DNA of 53,831 nucleotides from NCBI GenBank assembly GCA_026713605.1, contig JAPOOC010000004.1, positions 1-53,831 on the forward strand, read 5' to 3'. This DNA is from Candidatus Kaiserbacteria bacterium. GTDB lineage: Bacteria; Patescibacteriota; Minisyncoccia; Phycocordibacterales; JABAAK01. The stretch's first letter is position 1. The number at the start of each line of letters is the position of its first letter. The notes beneath the pieces are model-generated. The model was not told the origin of the DNA. It made no database searches and worked only from the letters and a program-made list of their open reading frames with translations. The translations under genes and the position numbers were made by a program. Below are positions 46,008 to 53,831 of this stretch, one piece after another.

Positions 46008-48560
46008 ATGCGATATATTCGGTATTCATTGGTATTGTCTGCACTGATCGGCGGATTATTAGCGATAGGTATCCTATCGGTTTCTTTTGCACAGCAAGGT
46101 GAGGGTGATTTTCGAATAGTGCAGATGCTGCGAAACAATATAAATCCGTCAGTCGTGGCGTTTCAGGTATACGGAACTTTTGAAAGTGAAGATGTGGTAA
46201 ATATGTACAGCAACGATGTATTTATTAAGGCAAAAGCAATCAACACACCAGACGCAATCGGAACAAAAGAGATCACCATTGAAAACATTTCAATTGATGT
46301 GTTTCAAACGGGAGACAACCTCATTGTGGCAAAGATAGAGCGCGCTGGTGCCGTGGTGCAACGGACGCCCGCATTCCGCCTAACCGTGCAAGAGCCACCA
46401 CCGATACCAACCGTCCGCGCGCTGGTCAATCAGGAAGAAGAGCTAATCGGGCTGGATATTACCGCCGCATTCAAAGAGAACGATGTCATACGAGTGTTCC
46501 TAAACGACGCTGAAATTCGGACAAAAACAATCCTCCTTGCTGACATCGGCAAAGAGACCGTGCGAATCGCCGGCATACCAATAGAGACATTGCGCATCGG
46601 CCAAAACTTTTTCACGGCAAGCGTGAGTCGCGGTGAAGCGGTGAGCGAGCGGAGCGAGCGGTCAGAGCCAATCCTCATAGAAGACCCGACAGAAGAAGAG
46701 GAAAAAGAGGAAGAAGGGGCAGCGCTACTACAGTGTGCGACCTACGGCGAACCACAAAAAATACTTGCCCGAGAAATAGATGCCTACGAGGGCTTTGGTA
46801 ATGATGTAGCAATGCGGGACGGCGTGCTTGCCGTCGGCACCCGAGGTGAAACTTCACACATATACATCAAGGAAAAAGAAGGTGCCGCACTGCGCAGCTC
46901 AGCGATATTGCGTGAACAGCACATTAAAAAGTTGGGATCAACAAGAAAGTCAGTTGCGGTACAGGACAAGATGACCGTGTTGGTCGGTGATCCAGGTTCC
47001 GACCATGTGGCGATGTCTGGAGGTGCAGTACAGGTCTATAAACGAGCGGCTGACCAGTGGACGGTGCGTAGCATAGTGGCCCCAAAAGACCTAAAGCCGT
47101 ATGAGGCATTCGGACGCACCCTTGCGGTAGAAGGGAACATACTTGCCGTCGGCGCCTCCCGCCTAGACAACAGCGGTGCCGTGTACATCTACACCAACAC
47201 GAACGGTGTCTGGGGAAACCCGTTCCGCGTGATACCAGACGACACCGCCCCAGATCAGGAATTCGGACACAGCATCACGGTCAGTAATGGCAGAGTCGCC
47301 GTCGGCGCTCCCGGCGATCGCTTCAGCAGGAGTGGTGCGGTATATGTATACACAAAAACAGGAAACGCATGGTCTGTGGAAAAAATAGTACCACAAAAGC
47401 GACGATTAAACGCCCATTTTGGCAACGAGGTAGTGCTCTATGACGGCGTGCTATTTGTCGGAGCAATGCGAGACGATCAGAGTGGCGACACACTCAACTC
47501 AGGCGCGGTGTATCTCTACATCAAAGAGGGAGGAGCATGGCAGTTAGCACAAAAATTGACACCACAGGCAAATGACACGGGTGCCGAATTCGGCACAGCG
47601 ATCGGGCGTTCAGGAAACATGCTTGCAATCGGCGCCCCCAGGAGCAATTTCGGACGCAAGAAGAGCGGTGCGGTATATCTGTATAAGCAGGCAAGGAAGG
47701 GAGCGCTGTGGTCTTTTGAGAGGGCTATCGCGCCGACCGGGCTGCAGAACGGAGATCGATTCGGCGCATCCATTGCATTTGACGGATTACATATATTTGC
47801 TGGTGCATACGGTGATGACGAACAAGAGAAAAATACCGGTGCGGTATATAGCTACGCCGGAGAAACAGTCGCATGTACTTCCAGTGCGACAGCATCTGCC
47901 ACAGAGGAAGAAGAAAAAATAGTCCCGTTATCACAGGCGGAGAGAGAGGAAAAAGTAACAAGTTTGTTAGACACCCTGAAGAAGCAGAAAGAGGTGCTGA
48001 GTACTTTAGCATCCAGCGCATCATCCATCGCAAGCAGGTTGGGCGAGCAAATTCAAGGGGCGTATGACGAGATAGCAAAAAAGAAGGAGGGCATTGTGAT
48101 CTATGACGAGGATAAGGTGCTCGCAAACGCTCAGCGCCGAGCAGCCGAGCAGCGCGGCATCATCGGGCCAGGGTTGCCAAACGCAGTGGCGGTGCAGCGA
48201 GTTGAATCTACTGATAAGATACCGTCCCCACCAACCGAGGAGACCGTACGAACACGGGATTCGGTAGTGCGAGAGACAGAGCAAAACTTAGGAACCGTAG
48301 TACCAGTTTCTTACAAAGATCTGCGCCTCGGTGATGTGCATGAAGATGTGTATCGTCTGCAAGTATTTCTAAATAGTAACGGATACCGCGTGGCAGAAGA
48401 AGGTGAGGGAAGCCCAGGCAACGAAACGAGCGTTTTTAACGAAGCAACAGATCGGACGCTGCGGTGGTTTCAGTTAGTGGAAGGATTACCAGTTACCGGC
48501 GTGTTAGACAAAGAGACACGAGAAAAGATGTTGGGTCGCATTACCACCTTTAAGCAGTAA
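46008..48560 (+). CDS. secreted FG-GAP repeat (beta-propeller) protein with C-terminal peptidoglycan-binding domain
   Basis: Signal peptide; about 7 repeats of FG.....G..L.VGAP....SGAVY.Y; coiled coil; GDVHEDVYRLQVFLN..GY...GEGSPGNET PG-binding domain. Confidence 0.88.
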   Translation: MRYIRYSLVLSALIGGLLAIGILSVSFAQQGEGDFRIVQMLRNNINPSVVAFQVYGTFESEDVVNMYSNDVFIKAKAINTPDAIGTKEITIENISIDVFQTGDNLIVAKIERAGAVVQRTPAFRLTVQEPPPIPTVRALVNQEEELIGLDITAAFKENDVIRVFLNDAEIRTKTILLADIGKETVRIAGIPIETLRIGQNFFTASVSRGEAVSERSERSEPILIEDPTEEEEKEEEGAALLQCATYGEPQKILAREIDAYEGFGNDVAMRDGVLAVGTRGETSHIYIKEKEGAALRSSAILREQHIKKLGSTRKSVAVQDKMTVLVGDPGSDHVAMSGGAVQVYKRAADQWTVRSIVAPKDLKPYEAFGRTLAVEGNILAVGASRLDNSGAVYIYTNTNGVWGNPFRVIPDDTAPDQEFGHSITVSNGRVAVGAPGDRFSRSGAVYVYTKTGNAWSVEKIVPQKRRLNAHFGNEVVLYDGVLFVGAMRDDQSGDTLNSGAVYLYIKEGGAWQLAQKLTPQANDTGAEFGTAIGRSGNMLAIGAPRSNFGRKKSGAVYLYKQARKGALWSFERAIAPTGLQNGDRFGASIAFDGLHIFAGAYGDDEQEKNTGAVYSYAGETVACTSSATASATEEEEKIVPLSQAEREEKVTSLLDTLKKQKEVLSTLASSASSIASRLGEQIQGAYDEIAKKKEGIVIYDEDKVLANAQRRAAEQRGIIGPGLPNAVAVQRVESTDKIPSPPTEETVRTRDSVVRETEQNLGTVVPVSYKDLRLGDVHEDVYRLQVFLNSNGYRVAEEGEGSPGNETSVFNEATDRTLRWFQLVEGLPVTGVLDKETREKMLGRITTFKQ

Positions 48561-48597
48561 GAAAAGAACTGCATCATAGCGTGCCATACTAAAGACA

Positions 48598-50331
48598 ATG
48601 CCACTTTCTACGAAATACAAGTTAGACAGTCCATATACCGCCTTTTATGTGGTCATAGCGGTCGCGCTCCTCTCCATATTTATCCTCTACGACAACCAAT
48701 TCAACAAAAAGGTAGAGGGAAACACCGGCATATTTCTGCCATTTAGGAGTGTTGGCGACCGAGGGAATATCTACTTCATTGATAAAGAAGATGAAAAGCA
48801 TCTTGCTGCGACAACACACTTCGGGTACAACCTGAACATCTCCCCACTAGAGATTGAGGATGCAGAAGAGGTGTATGAACACCTCAGCGAAGAGATTGAC
48901 ATAGACCGGAAGAGTTTTTTCAAGAGCGCGGAAAAATCAGAAAAGGATGAGTATGAAATTATTGAGCGCGACATACCAGAGTCCATACAGGAAAAAATAC
49001 AAGCACGCATTGATCAGTACGGATTGAAAGGGGTGTGGCTTGAACCCTTCAAAAAACGGGAATATATCAATGGCTCACTCGCAGCACACACACTCGGTTT
49101 TGTGTCAGTTGACGAGGAGCAAGCGACACGAGGGCAGTACGGTGTAGAAAATATCTTTGATGATGTGCTCAGTAGCGCGAACAGGGTGCCAAAAACCGCA
49201 GCAACAACAGTGCTACGACAACTCGGTGAACTACCACCAGAAAATGATCGTCCGTCCGCCGGCAATGTTACCCTAACAATAGATATTAATGTGCAACGAC
49301 AGCTGGAGGAACAGTTGCGGAGAATACAGTACAACTGGGGCGCACAAAAGGTCGGAGGCATTGTGATGGATCCAAATGACGGTGCCATTGTTGCAATAGG
49401 AGCAGTGCCATCGTTCAATCCAAACACCTTCGGGCAGGTAACGGACTACTCAGTGTTTAACAATCCAATTGTTGAGGATGTGTATGAAATGGGGTCAGTG
49501 TTTAAGGCATTGACTGCCGCAATCGGCATTGATTCAGGGCGGGTATCATTGCGTGATTCATATACCGATTACGGGCAGGTAATTGTGGACGGAGAGATAA
49601 TATCAAATTATGACAGCCGCGGTCGGGGACCAAATACCAGTATCCAGACCATCTTGTCGCACTCACTAAACACCGGCGCCGTATTTATGCTACAAAAAAT
49701 TGGTATCGGCACCTACAAGGACTATATTGATGAGTTTCGCTTTGACAGCATCACACAAGTTGACCTACCAAAAGAAATAGCGGGATTAGTAGAAAACCTA
49801 AACAGCAATCGTGAAATAGAATTTGCAACCGCATCATTCGGGCAGGGTATCGCCGTCACACCGATAGCGGCAGCGCGTGCATTTGCCACCCTGGCAAACG
49901 GCGGTTTCCTCGTGCAACCCTATGTAACAAAAGATATTGAACAACCACAGGTCGGCGGGGTTATCTCGGGAAGAAATTTCACGCGAGAACGGAAACGAAT
50001 CTTCAACACTTCAGCAACAGACAAGGTAACAGCCCTACTGACAGGAGTGTATGATCGGGGGATACTTGGCGGATCACTACGGAACACGCAATACAGTATC
50101 GCCGCAAAAACAGGAACCGCACAGCTTGTTGACCCGCAAACCGGTAAGTACGCAGAAAACAAATTTCTCCACTCATTCTTCGGCTACCTTCCCGCATCAA
50201 AGCCAAAACACCTCATATTCCTCTTCGCCGTTGACCCAAAAACAAAATTTGCCTCCACCTCACTCTCCCATCCATTCGCTGCACTAGCAAATTACATCAT
50301 CTCCTACTACGCCATTCCGCCAGATCGCTAA
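48598..50331 (+). CDS. ftsI: class B penicillin-binding protein (FtsI/PBP3-like)
   Basis: RGNIYF, EMGSVFK (SxxK), SLNTG (SxN), SFGQGI.VTP, KTGTAQ. Confidence 0.8.
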   Translation: MPLSTKYKLDSPYTAFYVVIAVALLSIFILYDNQFNKKVEGNTGIFLPFRSVGDRGNIYFIDKEDEKHLAATTHFGYNLNISPLEIEDAEEVYEHLSEEIDIDRKSFFKSAEKSEKDEYEIIERDIPESIQEKIQARIDQYGLKGVWLEPFKKREYINGSLAAHTLGFVSVDEEQATRGQYGVENIFDDVLSSANRVPKTAATTVLRQLGELPPENDRPSAGNVTLTIDINVQRQLEEQLRRIQYNWGAQKVGGIVMDPNDGAIVAIGAVPSFNPNTFGQVTDYSVFNNPIVEDVYEMGSVFKALTAAIGIDSGRVSLRDSYTDYGQVIVDGEIISNYDSRGRGPNTSIQTILSHSLNTGAVFMLQKIGIGTYKDYIDEFRFDSITQVDLPKEIAGLVENLNSNREIEFATASFGQGIAVTPIAAARAFATLANGGFLVQPYVTKDIEQPQVGGVISGRNFTRERKRIFNTSATDKVTALLTGVYDRGILGGSLRNTQYSIAAKTGTAQLVDPQTGKYAENKFLHSFFGYLPASKPKHLIFLFAVDPKTKFASTSLSHPFAALANYIISYYAIPPDR

Positions 50332-50334
50332 CGG

Positions 50335-50374
50335 CAAAAACCAAAAAACCCCGCTCCGAAGAGTAGGGTTTTGG
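50335..50374 (-). terminator. intrinsic terminator (possibly bidirectional)
   Basis: Minus strand AAAACCCTACTC-TTCG-GAGCGGGGTTTT-TTGGTTTTT. Confidence 0.8.
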
Positions 50375-50522
50375 TCTGCTCACAAGGGTGTGGCAGCAAG
50401 TATAGTTGATGATCAGCGGAAGAAAAGCAGTACGCATACCACCTTCCTTCCACTGTGAGTCCTTTTACCATAGGGCAATAACACGGCGCTGTACACAGCG
50501 TATTGCCAAAGTACACACCACT
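50335..50522 (-). ncRNA. candidate structured small RNA (about 190 nt)
   Basis: TATACT box at 50534-50529, two hairpins and a UUCG-loop terminator with U-tail. Confidence 0.5.
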
Positions 50523-50747
50523 ACAGACAGTATAGGTATTTTCCAAAACTCCGCAATCTTGACAAAAACCAAATAATCCAAGGGTTTTTTGTCAACCCAA
50601 CAAGAGAAAACCGCATACAGAGCAATAGCAGAGAGGGCAGGGAGCCGGTTAAAAAAACGCAACACAAACACCCGCCACAAAACGGTGACGGGTGTTGCGG
50701 CTGTGCAGGTAGGGCAAGAAAGACACGGACACCGTTCTTACTGGTTA

Positions 50748-51911
50748 TCATGCCTTAAAGAGGTCAATATAGTGATGTAACTTAAACACTTTATTGCGGG
50801 AGAAGCCAGTAGTTTCTTTGAGCATACCTTCCTTTACCATGCGCTCTATTACTTTTGTCGCGGTGGTTGTTGACACGCGTACCTCTTTCGCTGCGGTCGA
50901 TATATCAAACGCAGGTTTTGAAAATGCAAACATGAGCAATGCGTGCGCTGTTTTTGCCTGACGACCGAGTGGTAATAGTTTTTGTTCATACTCCCGTTGG
51001 AGGTTAAGCATGCTTTTGAGCGTTTCTTTCCCCTTTTTTGCTGTTTCAGTGATGCCAGAGAGGAAAAATAACAGCCACTGATCCATGTCGTTTTGTTCAC
51101 GCACAAATGTCAGAGCATCATAATATGCTCCCTTATTTTTTTCAAAAAAATCAGAAAGATACAGGACAGGTTTTTGCAGTACCCCCATATGCATCAGCTG
51201 CAACACTATGAGTATTCGGCCGACTCTCCCGTTTCCGTCATTGAAAGGGTGTATTATTTCAAACTGATAGTGTGCCATCGCTACCTTTATGAGGTTCGGT
51301 ATGGTGAAAAGTGCCGTATTCCAGAACTCTTCCAGATCTTTCAGTGTGTCCGAAAGGTCTTTTGGGTGTGGCGGGATAAATGATGCTGATTTGATTGATG
51401 TGCCTCCAATCCAATTTTGTTGTGTTCGTATTTCTCCCGGCTGTTTGTGCTCTCCGCGCACACCTTGCATGAGTCGCTTATGTATTTCACAGGTTAGGCG
51501 CATACAGATAGGCAGTTTCGGTAGTTGCGCCACCCCATAATTCATTGCCGTTATATAGTTCTGCACCTCTTTCCAGTCATCACGCTGTTCCGGGGCGATT
51601 TCTTTTTCTTCAAGCACTACCTCATCAATGCCGGTATAGGTCCCTTCAATGCTACTTGATTTTACCGCTTCATTGCGGACATGCATGGAGATGAAAAATT
51701 CTATGTCAGGCACGAGATCTGCATATGCGTCCAATCCTGCGAGGTGGTGTGCTGCCTCTTCAAGAAGGAAGGGAATGCGTTTGTCTTGGGTAGTATAAGG
51801 TGTGTTTATCGGGGACGGCAAAAAACTCTGATACGCATATTCTTTGCCATGAAACTGCTGTACATAGGAACCACTCACAAAACTTGACTTTTTTGATTTT
51901 TCCTGTCTCAT
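50748..51911 (-). CDS. Fic family protein (class II, C-terminal HTH)
   Basis: HPFNDGNGRVGR catalytic motif; N-terminal inhibitory SSSIEG; C-terminal HTH ...LKETTGFSRNKVF. Confidence 0.93.
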   Translation of the reverse strand: MRQEKSKKSSFVSGSYVQQFHGKEYAYQSFLPSPINTPYTTQDKRIPFLLEEAAHHLAGLDAYADLVPDIEFFISMHVRNEAVKSSSIEGTYTGIDEVVLEEKEIAPEQRDDWKEVQNYITAMNYGVAQLPKLPICMRLTCEIHKRLMQGVRGEHKQPGEIRTQQNWIGGTSIKSASFIPPHPKDLSDTLKDLEEFWNTALFTIPNLIKVAMAHYQFEIIHPFNDGNGRVGRILIVLQLMHMGVLQKPVLYLSDFFEKNKGAYYDALTFVREQNDMDQWLLFFLSGITETAKKGKETLKSMLNLQREYEQKLLPLGRQAKTAHALLMFAFSKPAFDISTAAKEVRVSTTTATKVIERMVKEGMLKETTGFSRNKVFKLHHYIDLFKA

Positions 51912-51929
51912 ATATATAGTATATCACAC

Positions 51930-52036
51930 TTTCAGCCCTAAAAGTTGGATAAGAGGTTTCCTTATTCCAGTTTCAGCCCTGAAAGTTGGATAAGAGATTT
52001 CCTTATTCCAGTTTCAGCCCTGAAAGTTGGATAAGG
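51930..52036. repeat. 41-bp tandem repeat, about 2.6 copies
   Basis: TTTCAGCCCTRAAAGTTGGATAAGAGRTTTCCTTATTCCAG at 51930 and 51971, partial at 52012. Confidence 0.93.
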
Positions 52037-52125
52037 GTCTCCGTCACCCAAGTTTCTATGACTTATGGCAAATGTTTTCTGTGTAAAAAAACATTGACTT
52101 TTTTCTATGCATTGCTATAGTAAGC

Positions 52126-52314
52126 ATGAAGAATAAATATTATATACCCATGGAAAAAAATCAAAAAACATCACACAAAGTTATGTATACAAAAAAAGCA
52201 CTGAAAATCATTGATGAAATGGATAAAAAATACGATTTTGGTGGAAGAAATAACACACTGAGTTTTGCTCTCCATGCACTCAAACAGCTTGATAAACATG
52301 GGAGGATTAGTTGA
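52126..52314 (+). CDS. small protein, possibly ribbon-helix-helix
   Basis: beta-alpha-alpha pattern HKVMYTKKALKIIDEM...RNNTLSFALHAL; start may be 52150. Confidence 0.5.
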   Translation: MKNKYYIPMEKNQKTSHKVMYTKKALKIIDEMDKKYDFGGRNNTLSFALHALKQLDKHGRIS

Positions 52315-52577
52315 TAACAAAAGAGGACTATATGTTTTTCCTTGAAGAAATTCTTCTTGCCTTGGCTTTCGGCTATGCCATGTATGCGATAGGCATATTC
52401 GGTGGAATACTGATTTGCACAACGATGTATGTGCTACCAATCATGATTGCGCTACTACGCTCCCACACTCGCCGCCGCCGCATCACCGTGATCACCTTGT
52501 GCCTAGGATGGACTTTCGTTGGGTGGGTGTGGGCACTCATATGGGCATGCACCGACAACACCGAAAAGAAATCGTAG
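52311..52577 (+). CDS. superinfection immunity protein (T4 Imm-like)
   Basis: YVLP.MIA..R.H......I...LGWT.VGWV.ALIWA signature. Confidence 0.85.
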   Translation: MITKEDYMFFLEEILLALAFGYAMYAIGIFGGILICTTMYVLPIMIALLRSHTRRRRITVITLCLGWTFVGWVWALIWACTDNTEKKS

Positions 52578-52587
52578 CACCACAACA

Positions 52588-52625
52588 ATTGACCTTGCCC
52601 AGTCGGGCAAGGTCAATCACTTTGT
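52588..52625 (+). terminator. hairpin / probable terminator
   Basis: ATTGACCTTGCCC-AGTC-GGGCAAGGTCAAT followed by CACTTTG. Confidence 0.6.
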
Positions 52626-52852
52626 ATACACAGCGACCACAAGAAAGAAGCGACACAGACCAAGCACCACCGCCCACACCCACGAAGGGTACGAAGAGTG
52701 ATAGAAATGAATACAACTGCCGAAATACCGACAGCAAGAGTTTTACACAAAATGTGCAATACAAAGCCAAAAACAGGGTACTATACCAGTAATGATACAG
52801 GGTGTCAGATTTATTGTTGTGGAGTGCTATAAACAATGCATAAGAGTGCAAT

Positions 52853-53831
52853 ATGAATATGATTTTTAAGAAAAAGAAAGAAAGACGGTATACAGCAAGA
52901 CCTCAGAGACCGCCAAGCACAGGGAATCTGACATGGCACCCCACTCGTGTCTACCTCCTCGCCATCGCCACCCTCCTCACCATCCTCACCCTCACCACCT
53001 TCGCCGGGCAAGCGAGTGCGGAGGGTATCTGGCGCAAAGACGGAACGGGTAATGTGGTCACCACCACCATCAGCACCATAAAGATTGGGGCGACCGCAAC
53101 CATCACCGCAAGCATAACAGGCAGTGGCAATGCAATAAGTGCACTCTCTGCTTCTTTCAAAGGTGAACCCTGTAGTTCTTCCAACCTCCCCGCGAGTGGC
53201 GACACGGACTATGTTACCGATACCAATGCATCAGACGGGTTTTCTGTTTCGATTGTTGTACCGACAATTGCTTCTGGACGCATTTGTGTGTCCGTTACCC
53301 ACACTATTAGTTCGGTGGCAAGCACGCTCGCAATTCCTTTCTTTGGAGCAAGTCAAGACCTTTTTAAAAAGCCAGCCAGTGTTACCGCAACACGAGGCGA
53401 TACGCAGGTTACTCTTGGGTGGGCTGCAGCAAGTGGCGCGCCTAATCATATTAGAGGGTATCAGTACCGCTCAAAAGCAAGCGATTCTCAGACATGGGGT
53501 TCTTGGACGGATATCTCTGGTAGCGATCACACAACCACCTCACACACCGTTACCGGACTCACCAACGATACCCCATACGATTTTCAAGTGCGAAGTCGGG
53601 TAAATAATGGTACGATCAGTTCCACCAGTGGTGGCTTTATCCCCGGAGATACTTCAGATACCGTATCAGCGACCCCGGTTGCCATCCCCACAGCCCCTAC
53701 CGCTATAGTCCCACACAATGTAGGTGTAGACGGTTTCACTTATGACCTAGAAAATGTAACGGTAACGCTGCCGAGTGGTGCCAGCCCAACCAGCACAAGC
53801 ACCCTCACCGTATTTTCATACACACCAACCA
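52853..53831 (+). CDS. secreted fibronectin type III domain protein (runs off window end; absent from ORF track)
   Basis: Open frame from MNMIFKKKK; signal peptide ...LLAIATLLTILTLTTFAGQASA; FN3 GDTQVTLGW...YQYR...WTDISGS...SHTVTGLTNDTPYDFQVR. Confidence 0.88.
   Translation, partial: MNMIFKKKKERRYTARPQRPPSTGNLTWHPTRVYLLAIATLLTILTLTTFAGQASAEGIWRKDGTGNVVTTTISTIKIGATATITASITGSGNAISALSASFKGEPCSSSNLPASGDTDYVTDTNASDGFSVSIVVPTIASGRICVSVTHTISSVASTLAIPFFGASQDLFKKPASVTATRGDTQVTLGWAAASGAPNHIRGYQYRSKASDSQTWGSWTDISGSDHTTTSHTVTGLTNDTPYDFQVRSRVNNGTISSTSGGFIPGDTSDTVSATPVAIPTAPTAIVPHNVGVDGFTYDLENVTVTLPSGASPTSTSTLTVFSYTPT

Noticed and set aside
51930-52050. Possible CRISPR array
   Set aside because: Units are contiguous and near-identical with no unique spacers; no cas genes in the window.
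1-53831. Alternative genetic code 25 (TGA=Gly)
   Set aside because: Conserved genes have no internal TGA, and several end properly at TGA (for example rpsP, mpg, dnaG).

Overview
This is a chromosomal segment of a reduced-genome bacterium using genetic code 11, most consistent with Patescibacteria/CPR (Parcubacteria-like). Support: short EF-Ts and L13, C-terminal peptidoglycan-binding surface proteins, near-leaderless promoters and no metabolic genes. The core backbone holds two tRNAs, cysS, ctpA, frr, mreB-mreC-(mreD)-mrdA, rpmA, mraZ-rsmH-(ftsL), rpsP-khpA-trmD, infA-rpmJ-rpsM-rpsK-rpsD-rpoA-rplQ-rplM-rpsI, rpsB-tsf, mpg, trpS, grpE, rpoB-rpoC-dnaG and an ftsI-like PBP. Accessory DNA is interspersed. 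(i) An AT-rich island (about 11.5-19.2 kb) has mosaic repeats and an Hpy188I-family restriction-modification locus with one methyltransferase and two tandem GIY-YIG endonuclease paralogs. (ii) Several monocistronic modules use a different expression grammar from the core genes (long 5' leader hairpin, Shine-Dalgarno in most, C-ending codons, intrinsic terminator). They encode a His-rich lamin-tail protein with a Poribacteria-type C-terminal TWGxLK motif, two paralogous lipoproteins, a Cys-rich protein and a lone FG-GAP blade. (iii) There is a frameshifted arfB, a candidate structured ncRNA, a Fic gene with 41-bp upstream repeats, a superinfection-immunity gene and FG-GAP/FN3 adhesins suggestive of a sponge-associated lifestyle. 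Family assignments come from motif recognition by eye; no database searches were run.
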